NCBI GenBank assembly: GCA_008690995.1
Contig: VRMN01000019.1
Span: 1-64,000 of the forward strand
From: Porphyridium purpureum
Taxonomy: Eukaryota
Length of the DNA: 64,000 bases
Reading direction: 5' to 3'
Shown: positions 44,205 to 54,783 of the stretch, one piece after another
Numbering within the stretch: the stretch's first letter is position 1
How the letters are laid out: each line of letters begins with the position of its first letter
Made by a program: the position numbers and the translations under genes
The notes under the pieces: generated by a model
Told to the model about the DNA's origin: nothing
Databases searched by the model: none
Seen by the model: the letters and a program-made list of their open reading frames with translations, nothing else

Positions 44205-45191
44205 CTATGCGTGCTTGCGCGCGTTCAGGCTTTCCAGTAAGAGACAGGCCTTGCATGTACTTTGACTCGACAGATACCCACAGACGCTACAAGCACGGCG
44301 GGTTTGCCCCGTAAGCGCTGAGGACCGCGACGGGTCGACGCGCGCGGATGGAAGCAGACCCGCAGAGACGATTGTGTCTGCAATCGTGCTGGGCCGCACG
44401 GCCTCCAGGTCCTTGATGAGCGCACGCACATGGCCGCGGTATGCCTCGGGCGAGTAGATGCACTCGGTCGCAAAGTAGTCGAGCTTCTTGAAATACGCGT
44501 ACAGAACGATTTCCTTTTCGTAGCACCACTTGAGCGGCTTGACCCGTGGCAGGCTGGGTAGTGCCGCCGCACCTGCTTCCTTGCCCGACTGGCCGCAGTC
44601 TTCGTCCATCGTCACGCCATGAATGCACCGCGTAAGACGCGGAAAGTCGCCGCGCAAGAGGTTAAGCAACACAGTTTCCGCCAGATCGTCCGCGTTGTGC
44701 CCCGTGGCAATCTTATCGGCGTTCATCTTGATTGCGCCGCGGTCGAGCGCTTGCCGACGAAACACACCGCAGTAGGTGCAGTTCGCGCGCCGCCCTTCCT
44801 GTTCGACGACCTGGTCCATGCTCCATCCAAACAGCTCTGAGTAGGGGAGGATATAAAGCGGCAGCTCATACTGCACCTGGTGCTGCTGCACGGCACGCAA
44901 CGAATCGTCGCGGTATCCAGCAATGCCTTCATCAATCGACAGCAGAAACAAGTCGAGGCCGTAGCCATAACGCGCGTTCAGCGCCTGCAAGACATACGCC
45001 AAGACCGTCGAGTCCTTCCCGCCAGACGCGCCAATGGCCACCTTCTCACCATGCACAAACATGCGCTCGCGCACAATCGTCTCGTGCACCTCGCGTTCGA
45101 ACGCGCGGAAGAAGCACTCGACGCACACCGCGTCCGCGGTCTTTGGGCGCTTCACGCGCGCGCGCGCGTCGCCGCAGTACACGCACTTCAT
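44205..45191 (-). CDS. CTU1: Cytoplasmic tRNA 2-thiolation protein 1
   Basis: [82 protein letters not shown]. Confidence 0.96.
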   Translation of the reverse strand: MKCVYCGDARARVKRPKTADAVCVECFFRAFEREVHETIVRERMFVHGEKVAIGASGGKDSTVLAYVLQALNARYGYGLDLFLLSIDEGIAGYRDDSLRAVQQHQVQYELPLYILPYSELFGWSMDQVVEQEGRRANCTYCGVFRRQALDRGAIKMNADKIATGHNADDLAETVLLNLLRGDFPRLTRCIHGVTMDEDCGQSGKEAGAAALPSLPRVKPLKWCYEKEIVLYAYFKKLDYFATECIYSPEAYRGHVRALIKDLEAVRPSTIADTIVSAGLLPSARVDPSRSSALTGQTRRACSVCGYLSSQSTCKACLLLESLNARKHA

Positions 45192-45596
45192 CCCTAATCC
45201 GTCGGAAGCGCGATGCCCGTTCTGTATGACCAGCGGCCGACGTGCATGCGACCCGGAAAAGTCGCGATGACTGTGGCGCACGCTCGTCCTCAGGGGCGCG
45301 GTCTCCGTGTTCGACTGCGGAGCGCGCGCGGAAACTCGTCGCATGCGCATGAGTGCGTACGGGCCAGCTGTTGCTCCTCGGGCTGCTGTAGCTCGGCTGC
45401 CGCATCAGCTCCACCGCAAACTCGCGCAGCATGCGCGTCGGTCGCGCGTGCGCACGTGGCGACCGCCTGTCACTCGACGCGCAATGGAGAAGGCCGGCGC
45501 CGGGCACCACTTACGCAGCGGGCGCAATAATGCGCTGGCGTCCGGGTTCGCCCGCACACGTTGTGCGTTGCACGCGTGCGGGCGCCGTGATGGGCT

Positions 45597-47635
45597 ATGC
45601 GCAGCGAACCCAAGATGTGGGATCAAGAACCGCCGCCGCGAGATAGATACAGAGGCCCGTCGGCGAATACGAGGGGCGACAAGACGACGTACGGGAACAA
45701 GTCAGTGAAGAATACGAACAGAACCGCGGATCCGCAGACGATATCGCTCAACAGGACACTGCGTGCTGCGTTAAGAACGGCACGGGCGGCGGCTGGTGGT
45801 CTTGAGCAGATACCAGATTTGTTGGAAACGACTGCGGCACCCTTTAACCACCTGACGGTCAAGTATGCGTTGAGACTGACTAGAAAGATGTCGGACAAAA
45901 CACCGCGGGCCAAGCTGGCGTTTGCCGTACGTGTGGTGCAGCGCGCGCGTCGCGACAATGCCCGACTCGATTCATACAGTTTGCTTCACACTCTGGCGCT
46001 CGCGAAGCCTTTCCGCAAGGTAAACTTGATCCGCGCACTCAAGCGAGTCGTTGAACAGCATCACATGGAGCAAGAGCATCAACAGAACAATCGCAGACAC
46101 AGCCAGGCAGCTCTGCTGATGGAAACTTACTTCAGACTTGTGTCCCATTGGGCGCTTTGCGGGCGCCCGGCGCTCCGAGACGCGTCTGTGCTTGAGATGA
46201 TGCGCGCCTACCAAACTCAGGACGCAGACGTCTTTGAGCGTCTGCTGAGCTACCTGATTTATCGCCAGCAAACCGATGCCGCCGTGGCGATATGGAAACT
46301 GATGGGCGCACCGGCGCTGCCAGCGGGCCAGCCCATCGACGTTGGTCTGCTCAATGCTGGCACGTTGCTCTGCAGCGTCACTCATGATGCGGCTCAAGCT
46401 CAGCGAATTGTGCGCAAATATAAGGAGATGTGTTTTACGCCAAAGACGGACGTATTTTTCGTCCTTATGTCGATTTTCATCAAGGCGAAGCGGCTAGACA
46501 GGGCGCGCAAGCTCATGCGCTGGATGAGTGGCCTGGTGGGATACAAGTACGTCTTGCACGAGCGCGAGCTGCATGAGTATGTCCGAATATGCCTAGAGTC
46601 GGGTACGGAAGCTGAGGACCTTTTGCCGCTGGCTGACCTGCTGGTTTGCACGGAGCGGCTGTGTGGGAATGCTGTAGATCGCCTGGGATTCTTCCGGGCA
46701 TACTTCAAAGCGCTGCAATCGGGTGTATCGGAAGGACGACTGTCGTCACGTGTGCGTGAAGTGGCCGATTGCGCGGGCGCGTGTTTAAGCATTGGGAAAT
46801 CGAGGACAATGTGATCTCGAGCCGCATGGCTTATCTCGCGTCACACGGAGAGCGACTAGACATGGCGCTGCGTGTTGCACGAGACAACTTTCAGCGACAG
46901 CGCAACCTGCCCTTGTCGGCAAGTCGCGTCATAGCTGGGGTGCACGGTTTATTGCGCACTTTTGCATACGAGGCGATTGCAGAGCAGAGTGTCTTGTCTG
47001 GGCGTGTGCCTGATGCCATTTCACTCTTATTCGGCACCAACGGCACTGAGCCGCAGTATCCGCATGGGACCGCGTACATACTGGTCGCATGCTACATTCG
47101 CGCCTTTGGCAAGCTTGGCCGACTAGACCTTTCCGCCGACGTGTTCGACACATATTCGCGACTCCACGAAGGCAATGCGTTTGTGTCCAATTCATACCTG
47201 TTCGCCCTTGGGCATGCTGGACACCGCATGGATGCGGTAGCTCTCGTACGAAGGCTTGAGAATGCTCAGAAGGTCGGAGCGCCTGTCATCGACGGCGTGA
47301 CCTACTCCGCGCTCGGTAAGATCTTACTGGAGGGCCTCTCGAGCAGCGCGACCAACGACCTGTGCGACCCTGCGCAGGCTGTTCCCGTGGATACAGTCGT
47401 TGAGATGCTTGGCCACATGGAAGCCTATCTCGACGGCGTCGGCGAGCAACTGCCAAAATGCTTTGTTTCGGATAAAGCGCCAAGGGCAGTTGATGTGCAG
47501 AACCAGGCTTATCAGAATCGTTCCTTATCTCGCAAATCAAACAGAGAAATGGAAGGGGCTAGCTCGAAAGACACGATTCCAGGCATAATCGCGCAGATCA
47601 GAAAAAAACTAAGCGTGAGACAGAATGGGCAATAA
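45597..47635 (+). CDS. PPR-like helical repeat protein, split by a frameshift near 46790; the N-terminus may extend upstream
   Basis: PPR-like units: DVFFVLMSIFIKAKRLDRARKLMRWM, CYIRAFGKLGRLDLSADVF, VSNSYLFALGHAGHRMDAVALV, DGVTYSAL. Confidence 0.6.
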
Positions 47636-49916
47636 GCTTGTCATCCACAAGGGCTTCGGTAGATTCCAGCAGCTACGCCGGCTAATCCGCAACGAGACAG
47701 CGCGCACGTGCGCGGTCTGTTACTTCAAAGTAAGGAGCCATGGGCGCAGTAGCGGGCCTCATGTTGCGACCATGTGCGCCGATTGTACCAATCAAGCTGA
47801 TCTTTCTGCCGTCGGAAATCTGAACCGCAGCCGGCAAAGGCTGATGCCTTTCGAATTTTCTCGTCCACGCCCTCTGCAAGAATGGGCGCAGTGCTCAAAT
47901 CAAGGCGATGGAAAGCATCCAGATCTAAAGGAAAGCACTCACAGTGGTCGACAGAAAAGTCAACAAGTTTTCTCGCCCGCTTACATGTGTACTCCATGAG
48001 CACATCGGGCTCAACAATGTGCTCATTTAACAGCACGAACATGACTTGGTGTCAGAGTCGTCGCTGACATTAACACCCGGATCGCTTTCTTGAGGTGACC
48101 CGACACATTCTCATTTTCGCGGGACGCGCAAAGCGGTCAGAGTTTGAGCAGGAGCGTACGGGATCTACTGTCTTGTACCGCAAAACAGCAATCAAGCTCG
48201 ACTTACCTCTCGGCATCCTCCGCCTGCAGAATCGTGCTTCTTCGCCTAACATGCATGTCTCAAAGTCGGCGGCTCGAGCAAGATCAGCGAAAGAATCTTC
48301 TAACAGGTGCTTCGGAAGAAAAAAAAGCGTTGATGAACGCACGCTGCGATTCAGCGTCATCTCCAAAAGCCCCACTCGAAAATTAGCCATGGATCGCTTG
48401 CTTACGGCCGCAGAAAAATTGCTTGCTCCGGGTGTACCGAGAATGGGCGACACATCTGCCACAATGTAAAATGCCACTTCGGATGCAGCATAGCACAACT
48501 ACCAAAGCTGCGCGTTGACTCAAGGTTCTGAAGATGACCGCGTGGGATGCCATCTGGCGCACATTTAGACCGACTGTGGGGTCAAGGTGACTTTAAAGTC
48601 GGCAGCATGTCCAACCCATACACAGATGCTGTAAAGTGATGCTTGACATGCGTGTTGCACATCAATTTCAAGCAAGCGAAAAGTGACGTCAATAACAACC
48701 GGGTGTCAGCCTTGATGTATGATAGCGAGTGTGAGCATCATATGACCGCACACCACAGAAGTCAACCACGTTCGCGTTTTTCCACATCTAACTCGCCGCC
48801 CTTGAAACCATGGCGTGTCGTGTCTGACGGGCGAGCTCGGTGCACAGTCGAACAAGAACGGGGAGCTAAACACAATGGGTAAGGTTGCGAGACTCGGGCA
48901 TAATTCCTGAACCCGTATGAGCGGGCATGCGTCAAGCACTTCCTCCATAAATCGAGCGTATCCTTGTTCCTTGTGAAGATACGAGCAGCAAAATGCCGCT
49001 GGTGTCGTCTTGTACAGAGCCTCCGCCTGCCAGCCTTCTTCCTTTCCCGAGCGCTCGGCCGTGACGCTTGAAATGATAGTGTCCTTCGATACCCAGGGTA
49101 CGGATTTCCAGGACAGACGTCCGCGTCCACAAGCGGCACAACAAGCGCTTCATTCTGTCGATGCGCCACGCCGCGCAGCACTGACGCCGCGATCATTCGA
49201 GGTGCCGCTGGATGTCTTCACGCTTGCGATTTAATATGATTTGCTCGTCCAGCTGCACACGTCCCAGTGACGGTCGCCGGGCCACACCCCGTCCAGCGCG
49301 CGAGCTGCGTGACGGTTGTTCGCTGCACGACACGGGACTGCACGCAACAAGGCAAATTCGCTGATTACATGGACGTGCTTTTGCATTGCCCTAATGGCGG
49401 TTGGATTCATCCGTCGTTTGCCGGACGAAACTACATTTCGAAGTCGCGGCACCCGACAACGGTACATGAGCAACTCATCACTGTCTATCTCACGTTGTAA
49501 CTCCTGACTTTTCTCCTTACTGCCTGTAAAACCCATAAATCAAAGACACAGCTTGTATTTCACGATGTTTATAACCTTCGGAGGTTTCAATTCTTGTCAG
49601 TAAAGGGACGGTTTAGCGTAACGGCTAGGATCCGTTTGCTGTAACGGTTAGTGACCGTTCTAAGCAAGACTTTGGCGCCCACCTCGGTATGGTGCGGCAG
49701 CTTTCGGTGACCGTTGCAGACGACATTGGTCCGTGCGTGTCCTGCCGGAGTGCGGGTATAAATTGCAGTCGCGGACGAAGTTTTCGGGTCCAAGACGCAG
49801 CAGTCAAGCAAAAAAGGACTATCATCCTTCAGTGCAAGCAAGACGAGAGTAAAGTTGCGTTATACTTGAAGCTAACACTTCTACAGTGGTATCATCGCTT
49901 TGGGTTTCGATAGAGG

Positions 49917-50735
49917 ATGGAGGCACTTTCGCGTGCAATGGCGAGGCCGGGGCCCGCTGACTTGGTGCAGGTGTCGCGCCTTGACGTTTATGATGGGGCG
50001 CGTGACGCGCTGGCCATTAAAACGTGGTTGTTCAGTGCGCGCGAGGTTATCTACATTCCGCTGCGCGATGCGGCGGTGGCCGCGGTGGCAGCTGCTCGGG
50101 CGGCGCCTGGAACCGCTGGGCCTGGACGCACAGCAGACGAACTTCGTCGCGACGCCGAGTTAAAGGCGATCAGGGCGGCCGCGACGTACTTCCGCGGTCC
50201 GGCCCTGGTGTGGTGGATGGCAACAACAACCCAAGGATCCTCGCCTGGGACGTGGGATGAATTCTCTGCGACGATTGAGGCAACGTTTACGCCACCACAT
50301 GCAGCGCGCGCCGCACGTGATGTGCTTGCAACCCTGAGGCAGTCACGTTCCGTGGAGGAATACGTGAACGAATTCGCGCGTGTTACGCTGATGATTCCTC
50401 GTTTGACAGAGGAGGAAAGGCTTGACCGTTTTGTCCGCGGGCTGAAACCGAAAATCAAGGTTGAAGTCCTGAAAGCGGACGTTGCTTCGGTAACGCATGC
50501 AGCCCGGGTTGCATCGGCAGCAGAGTCTGCATATGGAGGCTCGCTCTCCCTCTACGGGAGCTCTGCAGGACACGATGGGCCTGCACCAATGGACCTGGGG
50601 GCGGTCAGCGCGGGTGCGCTTCCGTCGCGCCGTCGCCGGAAAAAGAATAGGGACGGCTGTTGGAATTGCGGGAAGGAGGATCACGTGCGAGCAACGTGCC
50701 CTGATTTAAAAGGTTTGGCCCCCAGCCGGGCCTAG
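49917..50735 (+). CDS. gag: Gag (Ty3-type capsid, PMDLG, CCHC knuckle)
   Basis: TYFRGPALVWW, LATLRQSRSVEEYVNEF, DRFVRGLKP, PAPMDLG, CWNCGKEDHVRATC. Confidence 0.92.
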   Translation: MEALSRAMARPGPADLVQVSRLDVYDGARDALAIKTWLFSAREVIYIPLRDAAVAAVAAARAAPGTAGPGRTADELRRDAELKAIRAAATYFRGPALVWWMATTTQGSSPGTWDEFSATIEATFTPPHAARAARDVLATLRQSRSVEEYVNEFARVTLMIPRLTEEERLDRFVRGLKPKIKVEVLKADVASVTHAARVASAAESAYGGSLSLYGSSAGHDGPAPMDLGAVSAGALPSRRRRKKNRDGCWNCGKEDHVRATCPDLKGLAPSRA

Positions 50736-53700
50736 GCGGCCTGGGCATGGGGGCGCCGGATCCTGTACCGGAAGCAGTGACGATCCGGCAAGTGGTGCCG
50801 TTGTTCACGAAACCATGTTTTGAAGACGTGACTGTGAATGGCACGAAGGTACCCGCCATGCTGGACAACGGAGCTACCGCATGTTTTGCCAGGCGCAGTT
50901 TTGTTGAAAGAATCCCCGGTTGCGTGGTCGAGTCTGTGCCAGACGTTGTCGCCAGCGCGAGAGTGGCGAATGGGCACACGCTGGACGTTATAGGGGTTGC
51001 GCAAGTCGTCGTTGACTCGCCGCATATACCCGTCCTTAAGGCAGCCAAGGCAAGCTGTGTAGCGCGGCTAATCGTCGTACGTGAGCTTTCGTACGACCTA
51101 ATCCTTGGAATTCCATGGTTTACGGTCGTTAGTCCACTTTGGGCAGAATGGGCGCGGATAGCTGCGGTGTCGTGCGGCGAAGAGCATTACTTAGCGCACC
51201 GGCCAAAAGATTCTGGCTGCGGCGCGTGCGCGCTCGGAAAAATGCGCCGCCGTCCAGCCAGGCGCACGGGCGAGCAGGCGGGTGTTCGAGACGCGCTCGA
51301 TGTGGACCTCATTGACGCGGGCCGGGACGATGGGGGTGTTGGACGCGGGGGCGAGCGTTACGCTCTGGTTGGTGCGGACAGGCGGGATGGTTGGCTTTTC
51401 GTAGAGCCAGTAGAGGATAAGACTGCCGCCTCTTGCGCGAAGGCCATGGACGTTGCTCTTGCTGGCACACATTGGCCACGAGTTGTCAAGTCCGACGGCG
51501 GCAAAGAGTTTCGCGGCGTTTTTGAAGATCTCGTGAGGCTGAAAGGTTCGCTTTCCGAGTTTGGTCTTCCGAATAGGCCGAATTCCCATGCTCTAATCGA
51601 GTCCAGAAACCGGGATGTCGTAGAGCCCACAAAAGCGGCGCTGGTAGAAGCAGGGCTCCCGGCGCGCTTTTGGCCCGATGCCATAAAGCATCAAACGTTT
51701 GTGTATAACAGGCACAGTTCCTGTCATCCCGGGCGGGAGACGCCGTACGAGAAAAGGTACGGAACCGCGTATGCACAAGACAAGTTGGCTCCGTTTGGCT
51801 GTGCGGTCTTGTTTTTGAGTGACGAGACGGGAAAGTTTGAAGCAAGGGCGAAGCTTGGCGTTCTGCTAAGATTTCATGGCGAAGTTGGCTTTGTCGTAGC
51901 CCCTGTGGATGACTTGGCGAACGGTGTTGTACGCGAGATTGCCACGCGCGACGTGGAATTTCGGAGGACGGAGTTTCCCGCACGTCGACTGGGGCTCAGA
52001 CCGCTTGGGGAGCGATTGTGGCTTGATGATGACGTCGACCGGGTTCCCGAAGACGCAGAGGAGTGCATTCGATGCAGAAAAACTCGAATTGCAGTCGTCC
52101 TTTGTTACAAGTGCCTGGGCAAGCGCGCGAAAAGGCATCGGCGGGACGGTACGTGCACTATCGGAGCATGTAAGTGCACCGTCGAAGACCTGCTGGAATA
52201 TAGCAGACGTGAGGCGCGCCATAAAAACGCTCGAGACGAGCGGGAGAGCGCAAGAGCCGAGAAGGACCGCGTTCGCGAAGAACGAGCTTCGGAGGCGATG
52301 CGCAAGCGTGCGCAGAATGCGGCAGACCAAGCTGCGAGAGAACTGGTTCTGCGGGCGAAGAGTGCTCGGGCACTCGCCAAGAAGCGCAGAAGGGAGGAAA
52401 CTGTGGCGGCGCGCGACGCGCAGGGTGCCAAGCCAGACGCCACATTCTCTGGCGTGCGAACGCGTGCGGGTCGAGCAACGAAAGCTCCCCGGCGCTTCGA
52501 GCTAAACGTGACGGAGGTCGTGCCGCGGAGCGTGGCAGTGAAGAATGAAGCATTCACTCGTGCACGCAATGACGAGCTGGAAAAGCTTGCTCGGTTCAAC
52601 GCCTGGGATTCCTCACCCGTGCAGTGGACGGCTGCTCGTACGGTTCCAAGAGCAATCTTCGTGCGTGGGCACTTCATTTACACGCTGAAGCACAAAGAGA
52701 GAGGCGCGGAGGCGCAAAGGTACAAAGTCCGTTTTGTTGCGGCTGGGAATAATTTAAAGTCGCATGATGGCGAGCGGGCTGAGCAGCCTGTGCCTTACGC
52801 AGCGCCAAGCAGCTTGGCCGCGCTTCGGTTAGTACTCGCCTGGGCCGCGGCTTGCAATCACGCCGTGATGGGCATGGACATGACGTCGGCCTACCTTCAG
52901 TCGGACTTGCGCGGTGATCCGGTGTTTATTTGTCTACCCGAGGAGGCGCCCGGGGCGCGCAAGGGAGTTTACAGGCTGCGAAAGGCACTGTATGGTCTCC
53001 CGCGCGCCGGCGCGGATTTTGTGCACGAGACAGCCGACAAATTGCGAAAGGCCGGCTGGACGGAACGCGTGGCCTCGGTCTTCTGGCGCGATGGAGTGTA
53101 TATTGTTGCCTATGTCGACGACTTCCTCATCGTTGGGCCGCAGGCTAAAATTCTACAGGTGAAGGAGGAGCTTCGAAAAATGTTCGTGTTCGATTCCCCC
53201 TGCCTGCTATCGGACGCGCAGCAGATTAGGTTTCTCGGAATCACCGTGCGGCGAGTTGGCGACCAGATCGAACTGGATCATACAGACTACGCGAGGCATC
53301 TCATTAAGTCGTATGCGTGGAGGTTGCAGAACATTGTGGGGGCGCCCAGGACGCCAGATGTGGCTGTCGAAGCGGAAGATTTCGAGAACGGCGCTCCGGA
53401 TGCTCCGCGCTCGGAGCTTGGCGCACTTCTTTGGTTAGCCCGAACCACGAGGCCAGATTTGGCACGGGCCGTCGCACGAGTAGCACGTTTAGTTGATAGG
53501 TGGAGCTTGGGAGGCGAGCGCCTGCTGAAGCGCATCTTTGAATACTTGCGCGCGAACCCGGTTTCGACTATTGTGTTTAAGATTCAGCAGCTCGCGCAGG
53601 ATGAGCTCTTCGCGCTGACCTCATTTGCAGACTCTGATTTTTCGGGCGACTGCAGCGGCGCCGCGAAGTCAACTTCGGGGATGGCGATGTTCCTATCGGC

Positions 53701-54103
53701 GGGGACCGAGCGCTATTTGGTCGACTGGGGCTCGCGGTTGCAGAGGTCAGTGGCTACCTCGTCCGCGGAAGCAGAAATAGTCGCGCTCGAAGCCGCCACC
53801 AAGGTCCTTCTGCTGAACGCGGACGTTATGGGTCATCCCGAAGCATCTCTGCATTTGGTTTCTGATAGCCAGGCAGCGATTCGAGCCGTTGAAAAGGGAT
53901 TTTCGGCAAAACTTGGGCATGCGAGGAGAACGCAGCGCATATCCATCGCGTGGCTGCATGAGCTAGCCGAGAAACGGGTGCTGAATTTGTCCTGGATAAG
54001 CGGCAAGGACAATCCCGCCGACCTGTTTACAAAACAGTTTTCAAAGTTCAAGTTTGAGAGGAAGCTTTCACTCCTTGGTATCGAACCGCAGCGAAGAGGT
54101 TGA
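50705..54103 (+). CDS. pol: Pol (PR-IN-Cys/His cluster-RT-RNase H), in the -1 frame relative to gag
   Basis: MLDNGAT..DLILGIPWF; HYLAHRP..CGAC; DVDLID/SDGGKEF/LIES; KVRFVAAG, KALYGL, AYVDD; FADSDF, ADLFTK. Confidence 0.93.
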   Translation, partial: FKRFGPQPGLGGLGMGAPDPVPEAVTIRQVVPLFTKPCFEDVTVNGTKVPAMLDNGATACFARRSFVERIPGCVVESVPDVVASARVANGHTLDVIGVAQVVVDSPHIPVLKAAKASCVARLIVVRELSYDLILGIPWFTVVSPLWAEWARIAAVSCGEEHYLAHRPKDSGCGACALGKMRRRPARRTGEQAGVRDALDVDLIDAGRDDGGVGRGGERYALVGADRRDGWLFVEPVEDKTAASCAKAMDVALAGTHWPRVVKSDGGKEFRGVFEDLVRLKGSLSEFGLPNRPNSHALIESRNRDVVEPTKAALVEAGLPARFWPDAIKHQTFVYNRHSSCHPGRETPYEKRYGTAYAQDKLAPFGCAVLFLSDETGKFEARAKLGVLLRFHGEVGFVVAPVDDLANGVVREIATRDVEFRRTEFPARRLGLRPLGERLWLDDDVDRVPEDAEECIRCRKTRIAVVLCYKCLGKRAKRHRRDGTCTIGACKCTVEDLLEYSRREARHKNARDERESARAEKDRVREERASEAMRKRAQNAADQAARELVLRAKSARALAKKRRREETVAARDAQGAKPDATFSGVRTRAGRATKAPRRFELNVTEVVPRSVAVKNEAFTRARNDELEKLARFNAWDSSPVQWTAARTVPRAIFVRGHFIYTLKHKERGAEAQRYKVRFVAAGNNLKSHDGERAEQPVPYAAPSSLAALRLVLAWAAACNHAVMGMDMTSAYLQSDLRGDPVFICLPEEAPGARKGVYRLRKALYGLPRAGADFVHETADKLRKAGWTERVASVFWRDGVYIVAYVDDFLIVGPQAKILQVKEELRKMFVFDSPCLLSDAQQIRFLGITVRRVGDQIELDHTDYARHLIKSYAWRLQNIVGAPRTPDVAVEAEDFENGAPDAPRSELGALLWLARTTRPDLARAVARVARLVDRWSLGGERLLKRIFEYLRANPVSTIVFKIQQLAQDELFALTSFADSDFSGDCSGAAKSTSGMAMFLSAGTERYLVDWGSRLQRSVATSSAEAEIVALEAATKVLLLNADVMGHPEASLHLVSDSQAAIRAVEKGFSAKLGHARRTQRISIAWLHELAEKRVLNLSWISGKDNPADLFTKQFSKFKFERKLSLLGIEPQRRG

Positions 54104-54783
54104 GGTCGGTGAGCAAAAATTTGCTTAGAAGGGGGCGCAGTAAAGGGACGGTTTAGCGTAACGGCTAGGATCCGTTTGCTGTAACGGTTAGTGACCGTTC
54201 TAAGCAAGACTTTGGCGCCCACCTCGGTACGGTGCGGCAGCTTTCGGTGACCGTTGCAGACGACGTTGGTCCGTGCGTGTCCTGCCGGAGTGCGGGTATA
54301 AATTGCAGTCGCGGACGAAGTTTTCGGGTCCAAGACGCAGCAGTCAAGTAGAAAGGAGTATCATCCTTCAGTGCAAGCAAGACAAGAGTAAAGTTGCGTT
54401 ATACTTGAAGCTAACACTTCTACAGCTTGTGCAAGAAGTTTTGTGACGCACATCATCGACCGCTTGGTTGTGTGCTGAGTTCGTGATTTTGACAAGGGTT
54501 TAGTTGTTTCCATATCGTAGAATCCAGATGCTTGTTCTTTGCCAACTCGATCTGTTTCTCTTTATTGTGACTCCCCTTAAGGGGAAAGAGGACTAAAAGA
54601 GCGAAAAAGAGAAGATTTCTGTCACGAGGCGCTCTTATATAGGCAAGTGCATACGCGTAGCGAACGGAATGAGCCGTACAAGGCTGACCTACAGTCTAAA
54701 CAGTGAGCCGTATTTCAGAAGTGGTGCATCCTGATTGAGCGTATACCCAGCACCCATGGCTGTTGGTTTCTCAGTCGGGTAAC

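Larger units (their letters stand above)
49598..54425 (+). mobile_element. Full-length LTR retrotransposon B (same architecture as A), about 289-bp LTRs, TSD CTTGT
   Basis: LTRs at 49598-49886 and 54138-54425 with few differences. TSD CTTGT at 49593-49597 and 54426-54430. PBS TGGTATCATCGC at 49887-49898. PPT AGAAGGGGG just upstream of the 3' LTR. Confidence 0.96.

Noticed and set aside
47640..49592. Possible decayed retroelement on the minus strand, interrupted by element B and continuing at 54431-54780
   Set aside because: Only faint integrase-like hints (GCGSDF); no convincing motif set or LTR pair.
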